From contig JACRCW010000033.1 in assembly GCA_016218805.1 (NCBI GenBank), forward strand, positions 1-51,600: 51,600 nt of DNA, written 5' to 3'. Shown piece by piece: positions 32,697 through 41,101 of this stretch (the stretch's first letter is position 1; each line of letters starts with the position of its first letter). Position numbers and translations under genes: made by a program. Source of the stretch: Deltaproteobacteria bacterium. Lineage in GTDB: Bacteria; Myxococcota; JACRCW01. The notes beneath the pieces were generated by a model. It was not told the DNA's origin and ran no database searches. It worked only from the letters and a program-made list of their open reading frames with translations.

Positions 32697-33560
32697 TCAG
32701 GCCTGCGCGCGGGCGGTTTGGCGCTGGGTCACCGGGACATCTTCCTGGTCCAACAGCATGCCGGGGTTTTCCACGTAGTCCCGCACCACGCTGGCAATGC
32801 GGCCCGCGGAAAACCCGTCAATGATCCGGTGATCAAACGTGGCGCACAGCCGCAGCACCGGCCGCACCTCCAGCCTTCCGCCGGCCACCCAGGCGCGCGG
32901 CTTCACCTCCGTGACCAGCAGCAGCATGGGGCACCGCGCAATGGGAAGAAACGGCGCAAATGCGGTGTCAATCCCAAAGGGGCCCACGTTGGTGATCACC
33001 GCGGTCCCAAACGGATCCCGCGGCAGACCCCACGTGGGCAGGTGCAGGTGCAGTTCGTTGGTGAGCACGTCGGTGAGCCACATGAGCGGCCGCGCCAGCC
33101 ACCAGGGGAGCGTGCGGAACGTGCCGCGGCTTTTTTCGTAATTGCGGTCTTTCCCCTTGCGGATGTCCAAAGCGCGGGATTCCAGTTCCGTGATGATGTC
33201 CCCCAGGTCCTTGTCCGCCGCGTCCTCCACGCGCGCGCCGGACAGGTCCTTGCCGCCGTCAGTGGCCACGGAGACAAACAGGTCCACCGTCCGCCGCCGT
33301 TCCAGCCGTCCCCCAAACCGCACCTTGGCATTGAGGTCCGGAAACCGCGCGAATGCCTGCGCCACGGCGCGCGCCACGACGTGGGTGACCGTCAGACGCC
33401 GGCCGGTCTGCTGCCGGTAGCGCTCCATGAAGCGCAGGGTGCCCGTCACATCCAGGTCCATGGAGCCGTAGATGGACGGGTCCGACGGTTGGCGCCACAT
33501 GGCGGCGGCAATGCGGCGGAAGGTGGAGGCGTTGGCCAGGGGTTCAAAGGTGGTTGGCAT
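32697..33560 (-). CDS. Stand-alone 2-oxoacid dehydrogenase E2-type acyltransferase catalytic domain
   Basis: TFDHRIIDG catalytic motif, ITNVG; no lipoyl or E3-binding domain. Confidence 0.88.
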   Translation of the reverse strand: MPTTFEPLANASTFRRIAAAMWRQPSDPSIYGSMDLDVTGTLRFMERYRQQTGRRLTVTHVVARAVAQAFARFPDLNAKVRFGGRLERRRTVDLFVSVATDGGKDLSGARVEDAADKDLGDIITELESRALDIRKGKDRNYEKSRGTFRTLPWWLARPLMWLTDVLTNELHLHLPTWGLPRDPFGTAVITNVGPFGIDTAFAPFLPIARCPMLLLVTEVKPRAWVAGGRLEVRPVLRLCATFDHRIIDGFSAGRIASVVRDYVENPGMLLDQEDVPVTQRQTARAQA

Positions 33561-33636
33561 GCGGCACACGGTACGCGAACGCTGCCCGCGGGCTCTTCCG
33601 CGGCCGCGCCAAGGCGTTGCACGCGCCCGCCACCGT

Positions 33637-34236
33637 TCAGCGGTTGCGGCCGGGCCGGGCGGCCACGCGGAACGGGATCACCACGCTGCCCGTCTTGGCG
33701 CCCACGTCGTCATGCACCACCACCTGCGCCCGGTAGGCGCCCGGAGGCAGCCCCGCAATGCCCACCTCCAGCACCAGGTGCGTGGTGCGGTACGGCGCGC
33801 GGGCGGTGAGCACCTGCTCGCCAAAGCGTTCGCGGCCGCCCAGGCGTTTGCCGTTCTCATCAAGGATGAACAGGTCCGTCCACAGGTTCATCTCCCAGCC
33901 CGCCGGCGTGCGCCGCAGCCCGTGGTTGTCCACCTCCGCGTACAGCAGCAGCGTCTCGCCAAACACCATGCCCGCCTTGGCTTCGCGGTACAGGCCCAGG
34001 TTCTCCGGCGGGCTGTCCAGCACCAGGCCGGTGTGCACGTCCAGCGGCGCGCGCACGCGCGCGTCGTCCACGGCCTCCCAGAGCGAACGCAGCGCGAGCG
34101 CATCGTCCCCCCGTTTGTGCATGGTGAGCGCGGTCAGGACCGCGCGCGTGAAGGCGTCCTCGGCAGCGGCGGGGCCGGCATCCGCGGTGGACTGGGAGAC
34201 CAGCGCCAGCGGCAGCACCACGACATGGATGAACAT
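33637..34236 (-). CDS. Hypothetical exported protein (Ig-like C-terminus)
   Basis: Hydrophobic N-terminus; LPPGAYRAQVVVHD...IPFRV. Confidence 0.65.
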   Translation of the reverse strand: MFIHVVVLPLALVSQSTADAGPAAAEDAFTRAVLTALTMHKRGDDALALRSLWEAVDDARVRAPLDVHTGLVLDSPPENLGLYREAKAGMVFGETLLLYAEVDNHGLRRTPAGWEMNLWTDLFILDENGKRLGGRERFGEQVLTARAPYRTTHLVLEVGIAGLPPGAYRAQVVVHDDVGAKTGSVVIPFRVAARPGRNR

Positions 34237-34455
34237 GCCCACAGGGTGGCACAGCGGGCACGGCACCGTGAACTGCGGCCCGGCGTGGAACGCCCGATGA
34301 CGGGCGAAGCCCGACGGGAACGCCCCCAGCGGGGTGCCCACGGACGGCGCGGCGGCCGTGGGCGCTCGCACACCGGCGCCGGCGCGGGGTTGGCAGCGCC
34401 CGGTCACCGCTGGTAGGTCGCCCGCTCCCAGAATGGCCTGAACGTGGAGAGCACC

Positions 34456-34902
34456 ATGGCAAAAAAAGAGGTCCCGTCCGACGAGATGACCACGACTTCC
34501 GACGACGCGCCCGCGCCCAAGGGCAGGTCCAAGAAGGAGAAGGAGCCCAAAGGACCCGACCCCATTGATGAGCTCAGCGCCAACTGGGAGGACGCGGAGA
34601 CCAAGGAACTGTTGACCCGGCAGCTTGCCAAGGAGGTCCTCTCCAAGGGCTCGTGGGCCACCATCATGTTCCTGGTGCAGGACCTGGACCGGAAGTCCAA
34701 GGCATACCGCGCGCCCAAGATCAGCGTGCGGCGCTACAAGAAGTCCGGCGGGTCCTACCGCTACCAGTCCAGCTTCAACATCTCGTCGGAAAAGCAGGCG
34801 CGCGAGATGATGGTCATCATCAACAAGTGGTTCGCCTCGGACGGGCCCGGCCGCAAGGCAGCTGAAGAGGTGGGAGAAGCCGCGGGCAATGATGACGAGT
34901 GA
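34456..34902 (+). CDS. Hypothetical cytoplasmic protein
   Basis: GGAGA RBS, strongly host-like Lys-rich codon usage; core SKGSWATIMF..RRYKK...QSSFNISS. Confidence 0.8.
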   Translation: MAKKEVPSDEMTTTSDDAPAPKGRSKKEKEPKGPDPIDELSANWEDAETKELLTRQLAKEVLSKGSWATIMFLVQDLDRKSKAYRAPKISVRRYKKSGGSYRYQSSFNISSEKQAREMMVIINKWFASDGPGRKAAEEVGEAAGNDDE

Positions 34903-37135
34903 CCCCACCGGGGTCATCTTTGCGGACGAGGGAAGACCGGGCAGCGCGGTCGCCGGGCAGAAGGGCGCATGGCTGGCGCGGATGGCCGCGCTGGGCCTCC
35001 CCGTGCCGGCGGCCGCCATTGTGCCCGTTGCGGCGTGCCGGGGAATCGCCGGTGGGGAGGCGGTTGCGGATGCGCTGCTGGACGCGCTGGCCGCCGGGCT
35101 GCACGCCCGCACCGGTGAGGCGCTGGACGACGGCAACGCTCCGCTGTGGCTGGCGGTGCGGTCCAGCCCGGTGCTGTCCATGCCGGGCGTGCTGGACACG
35201 GCGCTCACCGTGGGGTTGACCTCCCGCACGCTGCCCGCCCTGGCGCGGCGCCTGGGCGAACACGCCGCCCACCGCGTCCTCTGGCGGCACGTGGCTTCCT
35301 GGGCGCGCCGCGGGCGGCAGCTGGACGGGACACGCGTGAGCGGGGACCCGTTTGTGGCGCGGCTGGAGGCGGCGCTGGCCCAGCACGGCGTGGATGACGA
35401 GGCGGACCTCCCCCTGGACGCGCTGGCGGAGCTGCGCGCGCACGCGCTGGAACACCTGGCGCGCCAGGGCCGGGCCGCCCCGCCTGACGACGCGCGCGAA
35501 CAGCTCCGCGCCGCGCTGCACCGCGTCTGCCGCGGCTGGCACGACGCCCAGGCCACAACGTGGCGCCTGGAGCGCGGTCTCCCGCCCGAGCCCGCCATGG
35601 CCGTGGTGGTGCAGCGCATGGTGTTTGGCATGGGGCCGCACGCGGGTGTGGGCACGGCCCTCTCCCGGCATCCCAACCGCGGTGACCAGGGCGCGCACGG
35701 CGAATACGTGGCCGGCGCGCTGGGTGACGAGCTGACCGATGGCCTTCGCAGCGGTGCCCCGCTGGTGGGCACCTCCGGGCGGGGCCGGACGCTGGAGGAG
35801 GACTGCCCCGCGGCGCTGGCCGCGCTGCGGGAGGGGCTGCCCCGCCTGGAGCGGGATGCTCGGACGCCGGTGGAGGTGGAGTTTGCTGTGGAGAACGGGG
35901 CGCTGGCCTGGCTGCAGGCCCGCCCCGCAGGGCTGGCCGCGCACGCCGCGCTGCGGGCGGTGCAGGACATGCGGGCGGCGGGTCACCTCACGGACGACGA
36001 GGCGCTGGCCCTGGTGCCCGCAGAAGGCCTGGTGGGCGCGGGTGCCATGGAAGTGGTGCCGGACGCGGAGCGGCGCGTGCTGGCGCGGGGTGTGCCCGCG
36101 CAGATTGGCGCGGCAACCGGCGTGGCCGTGCTGGACCCGGGGCGCGTGGCGGAGCTGGCGCGCGCGGGCGTGCCGGTGGTCCTCATCCGCCCGGAGGCGC
36201 GTGCCGAAGACGTCCCCGCCATGCGCCTGGCCGCCGCCCTGGTCACGGCGCGGGGCGGCACCACCTGTCATGCGGCCGTGGTGGCCCGGGTGACGGGCGT
36301 CCCGTGTGTTGTGTCCTGCCAGGAGCTGCGCGTGGACCCGTTGGCGCGCCAGGCCACCAGTGCGCGCGGCGCCCCGGCCATCACGGAGGGGATGGCGCTC
36401 ACGGTGGACGGGGCGGCGGGCGAAGTCCTGCTGGGTGCCGCACCCCTTCGCCACCGCGCCCCCCCGCCGGGGCTGGATGCGCTGCTGGCCCTGGCAGACG
36501 CCCGGCGGAAGCTCCCGGTGTGGACGCGCGCGGATACGCCGGCAGACGTGGGCGTCGCCCTGGCGCAGGGCGCGGCGGGCATTGCACGCTGCTCGCAGGA
36601 CGCGCTCATTGCGGCCCCGGAGCTGCGCGCGCTGGCGTCGTCCGGTGACCTGGATGCGCTGGCCGGCCCGCTGGCTGCCCATGCCCGCGCGGTGTTGGCG
36701 GCGGCGGGCCGCGCACCGGTGATCCTGTGGCTGGCCGCGCCGGCATGCCTGGGGTGGGGTGCGGACGACGCGCGCCTCCCGCGGCTGCATGCGGTCCAGG
36801 TTCGCGCCTGGGCGGGGGCGGCGGAGGGGCGCGCGGTCCAGGTGGCGGCGCCGGGAGGCGGTGCGCCCCCCGCGCCAGAGGTGGTGGCCCGGCGCTGGAG
36901 CATCAACGGCCCGGGGGGCCCCGGCGGCATGCTGGTGGCGGCCACGGACGCGCAGCCGGGGGACGCGCCCATCGGCGCGCGGGTGGAAGGACGGCCTGAC
37001 CCCGTCGTGATATCGCGTGCCCTGGCGGCGCGGCTGGAGTTCATCTGGGGGCCGTTGCCGTCACTGCCCGCGCTGCGCCTGGCGGTGGCGCAGGCAGAAC
37101 GTCTGCGCCGGATGGGGGACCGCCATGACGGATAA
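34889..37135 (+). CDS. Degenerate pyruvate phosphate dikinase (PPDK)-like protein
   Basis: GQKGAWL..GLPVP, AVRSS..SMPGVLDT, VQRMVFG, VEFAVE..LQAR, RGGTTCHAAVVAR; C-terminal PEP-binding barrel shortened and altered. Confidence 0.85.
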   Translation: MMTSDPTGVIFADEGRPGSAVAGQKGAWLARMAALGLPVPAAAIVPVAACRGIAGGEAVADALLDALAAGLHARTGEALDDGNAPLWLAVRSSPVLSMPGVLDTALTVGLTSRTLPALARRLGEHAAHRVLWRHVASWARRGRQLDGTRVSGDPFVARLEAALAQHGVDDEADLPLDALAELRAHALEHLARQGRAAPPDDAREQLRAALHRVCRGWHDAQATTWRLERGLPPEPAMAVVVQRMVFGMGPHAGVGTALSRHPNRGDQGAHGEYVAGALGDELTDGLRSGAPLVGTSGRGRTLEEDCPAALAALREGLPRLERDARTPVEVEFAVENGALAWLQARPAGLAAHAALRAVQDMRAAGHLTDDEALALVPAEGLVGAGAMEVVPDAERRVLARGVPAQIGAATGVAVLDPGRVAELARAGVPVVLIRPEARAEDVPAMRLAAALVTARGGTTCHAAVVARVTGVPCVVSCQELRVDPLARQATSARGAPAITEGMALTVDGAAGEVLLGAAPLRHRAPPPGLDALLALADARRKLPVWTRADTPADVGVALAQGAAGIARCSQDALIAAPELRALASSGDLDALAGPLAAHARAVLAAAGRAPVILWLAAPACLGWGADDARLPRLHAVQVRAWAGAAEGRAVQVAAPGGGAPPAPEVVARRWSINGPGGPGGMLVAATDAQPGDAPIGARVEGRPDPVVISRALAARLEFIWGPLPSLPALRLAVAQAERLRRMGDRHDG

Positions 37136-37841
37136 ACCAGCTCCCGGCGGCCCGTCCGCCTACGCCTGGCTGGCCCTGGGCGTGGGTGCGGCGCTGATTG
37201 TGGGTGTTGTGGGCTGGTGCGGGGGTGAACCCGCGGCCGAAGACGCAACGCGCGGGGCGGCTGTGGAAGGGGCGGGCGCACCGGCGGTGCGTCCCATGCT
37301 GCGTGACATGCCCAAGATGGCCCTCCCGGAGAACCTCCGCTTGGAGGCCAAGCCGCTCCCGCCCGACGTGGAACGCCGCCGCCGCGCCCTGCAGGCTGCC
37401 GGCGCACTGGCCCAGGCCCGGCGTGCACAGCTGGCGCCCAAGGAGCGCCTTGAACGGGTGGGGCCGCTGGCCGGCCAGCCGGAGAAGGCGCCCGGCACCC
37501 CGCCGCCTGCAGACCCCCCGCCCGAACCGCGGGGACACGTCCCAGCGGAGGAAGTGAAAGCCGCCATCCGCGCTGTCATTCCCGCCGTGAAGGACTGCTA
37601 TGAAGGCGGCCTGAAGATGAAGGCGGACAGCCAGGGCGCCCTCAAGGTGTCCTTCACGCTGGTTGCGGCGGACGGCGGGGGCTTCATGCGGGACGCGGAG
37701 ATCGTGGACAGCCAACTGGGCAATCCAGTCGTGGACGCGTGCGTGCTCAACGCACTGGCCACGGCGCGCTTTCCCATGCCGGAGGGTGACGGCGAGGTCC
37801 GGGTCACCTATCCGTTCAAGTTCTCCCAGGACGCGCCCTGA
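37125..37841 (+). CDS. Membrane-anchored AgmX/PglI-type (TonB C-terminal-like) protein
   Basis: N-terminal TM, Pro-rich linker, VKDCYE..QGALKVSF...ACV..FPMPEG..VTYPFKF. Confidence 0.8.
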   Translation: MTDKPAPGGPSAYAWLALGVGAALIVGVVGWCGGEPAAEDATRGAAVEGAGAPAVRPMLRDMPKMALPENLRLEAKPLPPDVERRRRALQAAGALAQARRAQLAPKERLERVGPLAGQPEKAPGTPPPADPPPEPRGHVPAEEVKAAIRAVIPAVKDCYEGGLKMKADSQGALKVSFTLVAADGGGFMRDAEIVDSQLGNPVVDACVLNALATARFPMPEGDGEVRVTYPFKFSQDAP

Positions 37842-37919
37842 CCCCAGCGTGAGCCGGAGCAGCGGCGCTGGTTGGGGCGTTGTGGTAGAGCGAACGCGCG
37901 TCGTATTGGGTGGAGCGTC

Positions 37920-39920
37920 ATGGCGGTTTGTCCCAACTGCAGTACCCAGGTTGCTGACGGGGCACGCTTCTGCCCCTCGTGCGGCAGCACCGTTCCCCAG
38001 GTCCCCGCCGGCGAAGAAGCGGACCCGTTCATTGGCAAAGTCATTGCCCGGAACTTCCGCGTGGAGAGCCTGCTGGGGACGGGTGGCATGGGGCGCGTCT
38101 ACAAGGCGCGTCAGATTTCGCTGGACAAGCCGGTGGTCCTCAAGGTCCTGCACCCGCACTTCAACAGCGACCCGCAGCTGGTCCAGCGCTTCCAGCGCGA
38201 AGCCCGCGCCGCCTCCCGCCTCAACCACCCCAACTCCATCTCCATCATCGACTTTGGCCAGGCTGAGGACGGCACGCTGTTCATGGCCATGGAGCTGTTG
38301 CACGGCAAGGACCTGTTCACGCTGCTGCAGGAGGAGTTCCCGCTGCCGGAGGAGCGGCTGGCCCGCATCATGGTGCAGGTGTGCAGCGCCCTGGCTGAAG
38401 CGCATGCCCAGAACATCATCCACCGTGACCTCAAGCCGGAAAACATCATGGTGGAGGACCGGCGTGACCAGAAGGACTTTGTGAAGGTGCTGGACTTTGG
38501 CATTGCCAAGATCCAGGACCCGTCCGACGGGGACGGCCGCGCATTGACCCAGCAGGGCATGGTCTGCGGCACCCCGGAATACATGAGCCCCGAGCAGGCC
38601 CGCGGCGAGAACCTGGACGCGCGCAGCGACATCTACGCGCTGGGCGTGTTGATGTACCAGCTGGTCACCGGTGACCTTCCGTTCAAGGCGGAAACGGCGC
38701 TGGGCATTGTCACCAAGCACATCACGGAGCGGCCTCGCTCTCCGCGCCAGACGCGCCCGGACCTGCCCATCTCTGACGAGGTGGAAGGCATCATCCTCAA
38801 GTGCATGGAGAAGCGCGCGGACCAGCGCTTCCAGGGCGCCACGGAACTGGGCCAGGCGTGGAAGGACTTCCTGGAGGCGCGCCAGTCCGCCGCCCGGGGC
38901 GCATCGTCGTCGGCTCACACAATACGGTCCGGCACGCTCCCGCAAGGGATGGGTCAGGTGTCCGTGGCCGCCGCCCCCGCGCCACGCGCCATCTCCGCGG
39001 ACCCGTTGCCCAAGACGGAAGCGTCCTTCTCCGTCTCCAATCCGGCCAACGCGGTGGCACCGCCTTCCGTGGTGAAATCATCCACCATGGTGGAGACCCC
39101 GGCGCGGCCGGAGGCGCCGGTCCCCAGCAATGGAAGCGCCGCCCCGGCCACCCCAGCTCCGCTCCCCCAGCGCTCCGCTACGGACGACGAACTGGACGCC
39201 ATCAAGCCGCGCCGCACGGGGCTGTTTGTGGGCCTGGGAGCGGCGGCCCTGGCGGTGGTGGCCGGAGTGGGGTTCATGGCCACCGGGTCTGGCAATGGCA
39301 CGGACGCCAAGCCCGCGCCGGTGGCCGTGGCGGACCCGCCGCCGCCGCCCAAGGATCCCCCGCCGCCGCCGGACAAGCCCGTCCAGAAGGATCCGGAGCC
39401 CGCACACGCCAAGGAACCGGTTGCCGCCAAGGAGCCCACTCCCGCCGCCAAGGAGCCCACGCCCGCCGCGAAGGAGCCCACGCCCGCCGCGAAGGACCCG
39501 GCGCCTGCCAAGGATCCGGTGCCGGCGGCCAAGGAACCCCGCCCGGCAAAGGATCCCACACCGGCCCGGGAGCCCCCGCCGCCCGCCGACAAGAAGGCAG
39601 CGCGCAACCCGCCGCAGAAGGACCCCGAACCTGCCGCACCGGCGGGCGGGGACGACCGCGCCGAGGCCGTCAGGGAGATCGTCAAGCGGGCGGAGAAACG
39701 CATGAGCGGTGGCGACTACGACGAGGCCATCAAGCTGCTGCAGCAGGCCCGCAAGGGCGCACCGCAGGAGGCGGTCCCGGCCTACCTGCTGGGCAACGCC
39801 ATGCTGGCCAGCGGCGACCAGGAGGGTGCGTGCTCGTCGTGGAAAGACGCGTTGCGCCTGGGGCCCAAGGACTCGCGCGCGGCTGGCGTGAAGAAGAAGA
39901 TGGGCCTGATGTGCCACTGA
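37920..39920 (+). CDS. Hanks-type Ser/Thr protein kinase (Zn ribbon-kinase-TM-Pro-rich linker-TPR)
   Basis: CPNC..FCPSCG; GTGGMGRVY, VLK, HRDLKPEN, DFG, GTPEYMSPEQ; TM LFVGLGAAALAVVAGVGF. Confidence 0.97.
   Translation: MAVCPNCSTQVADGARFCPSCGSTVPQVPAGEEADPFIGKVIARNFRVESLLGTGGMGRVYKARQISLDKPVVLKVLHPHFNSDPQLVQRFQREARAASRLNHPNSISIIDFGQAEDGTLFMAMELLHGKDLFTLLQEEFPLPEERLARIMVQVCSALAEAHAQNIIHRDLKPENIMVEDRRDQKDFVKVLDFGIAKIQDPSDGDGRALTQQGMVCGTPEYMSPEQARGENLDARSDIYALGVLMYQLVTGDLPFKAETALGIVTKHITERPRSPRQTRPDLPISDEVEGIILKCMEKRADQRFQGATELGQAWKDFLEARQSAARGASSSAHTIRSGTLPQGMGQVSVAAAPAPRAISADPLPKTEASFSVSNPANAVAPPSVVKSSTMVETPARPEAPVPSNGSAAPATPAPLPQRSATDDELDAIKPRRTGLFVGLGAAALAVVAGVGFMATGSGNGTDAKPAPVAVADPPPPPKDPPPPPDKPVQKDPEPAHAKEPVAAKEPTPAAKEPTPAAKEPTPAAKDPAPAKDPVPAAKEPRPAKDPTPAREPPPPADKKAARNPPQKDPEPAAPAGGDDRAEAVREIVKRAEKRMSGGDYDEAIKLLQQARKGAPQEAVPAYLLGNAMLASGDQEGACSSWKDALRLGPKDSRAAGVKKKMGLMCH
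39408..39580 (+). repeat. Intragenic 18-21 bp tandem repeats encoding AK(E/D)P.PA
   Basis: GCCAAGGAGCCCAC(T/G)CCCGCC-like units repeated about 8-9 times with variation. Confidence 0.85.
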
Positions 39921-40504
39921 AGCTGGCGCGGGAGTTCTACCAACAGGACGTGTTGCGCTGTGCCCGCGCCTGCGTGGGCAAGGTGCTGGTGCACCGCGGG
40001 CCGGCGGGCACGGTGGGCGGGCGCATTGTGGAGACGGAGGCCTACCGCGGTGAGGAGGACCTGGCGTGCCACGCCGCGCGCGGGCGGACCGCGCGCACCG
40101 AAGCGATGTACGGCCCGCCAGGACACGTCTACATGTTCCTGCTGTACGGAATGCACTGGGCGTTCAACATCGTCGTGGGGCCCCGGGATCACCCGCACGC
40201 CATCCTGATACGCGCGTTGGAGCCCACGGTTGGCGTGGCGGTGATGGCCCGACGGCGCGGGTTGTCTCCCGGCGACCGGCGCGTGGCCAATGGCCCGGGA
40301 AAGCTGTGCGCAGCGCTGGGGCTGGACCGGCGCCACTACGGCGCGGACCTGTGCGCGGGGCCGGTGGAGTTGTGGGAGGGCGCGCATGGCCGGGTGGGCC
40401 GCTCACCGCGCATCAACGTGGACTACGCGGGCGCCTGGGCCGCGCGCCCCTGGCGCTTCTTTGAACGAGGCAATCCCTACGTGAGCGTGCCGCCGCGGGA
40501 TTGA
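39911..40504 (+). CDS. mpg: DNA-3-methyladenine glycosylase (MPG/AAG family)
   Basis: GRIVETEAY, MYGPPGHVY..LYGMH, ILIRALEP, NGPGKLC. Confidence 0.93.
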   Translation: MPLKLAREFYQQDVLRCARACVGKVLVHRGPAGTVGGRIVETEAYRGEEDLACHAARGRTARTEAMYGPPGHVYMFLLYGMHWAFNIVVGPRDHPHAILIRALEPTVGVAVMARRRGLSPGDRRVANGPGKLCAALGLDRRHYGADLCAGPVELWEGAHGRVGRSPRINVDYAGAWAARPWRFFERGNPYVSVPPRD

Positions 40505-40511
40505 CCGCGCG

Positions 40512-41093
40512 TCAGCCGGGCAGGGTGCTGGTTCGGACGGGCGGCTGCGTGCTGCGCTCGTCCCGGAACAGACGTCCGGAGGCAAACACCGCAATGAGCG
40601 CCCCGACGACATTGATGGCCAGCATGGCCCCGGCGCGGTGCTGGTGCAGCGGGAGCGCCGGCGCACCCGGAGCGGCGGCCACGAACAGCGTGCGTTCGTA
40701 GAACACCGCTCCCAGCACCACCCAGGCCACCGCCGTCGTCAAGGCGGGCGCCAGGCAGTACGGCGGGTGCATCAGGTCCACGGTGCGCCGTACCGCCAGC
40801 CACCCCACCAGCGTGGCCACCGCCAGCACCAGCATCATCCCCAGGCTGGCCGGGAACGAATACGTGTCATATTCCACGTGCTGGGAGGGGTCCCACAGAT
40901 AGTGCCAGAAAAACGCGCCGTGAAAACGCATCAGGTAGATCGTCGTCGGCGTGCCCACCATCAGGGCCAGCGCCGCCGCCACCAGGAACGGGATTCCCAG
41001 CCTTTCATCACGCGCTTCCAGCCAGCCGCGGGCGCGGTAGCAACATGCGCCCGCGACCGCGCCATGCCACAGCACGGTGAGGATCACGCCCAT
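40512..41093 (-). CDS. Hypothetical integral membrane protein
   Basis: About five hydrophobic segments; begins just after the ALDH stop. Confidence 0.7.
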   Translation of the reverse strand: MGVILTVLWHGAVAGACCYRARGWLEARDERLGIPFLVAAALALMVGTPTTIYLMRFHGAFFWHYLWDPSQHVEYDTYSFPASLGMMLVLAVATLVGWLAVRRTVDLMHPPYCLAPALTTAVAWVVLGAVFYERTLFVAAAPGAPALPLHQHRAGAMLAINVVGALIAVFASGRLFRDERSTQPPVRTSTLPG

Positions 41094-41101
41094 GTGTGCG
41101 C

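Noticed and set aside
34237..35970. 5' part of the 777-aa minus-strand ORF
   Set aside because: Antisense to two credible plus-strand genes; only 33637-34236 looks like a real protein.
39408..39580. CRISPR-like repeats in the kinase gene
   Set aside because: In-frame tandem units with no unique spacers; they encode a Pro/Lys/Glu linker.
38801..39910. N-terminal ~370 aa of the 567-aa ORF as a fusion to MPG, or a programmed frameshift
   Set aside because: This is an alternative frame of the kinase gene. MPG homology starts at GTG 39911, overlapping the kinase stop, which is ordinary translational coupling.
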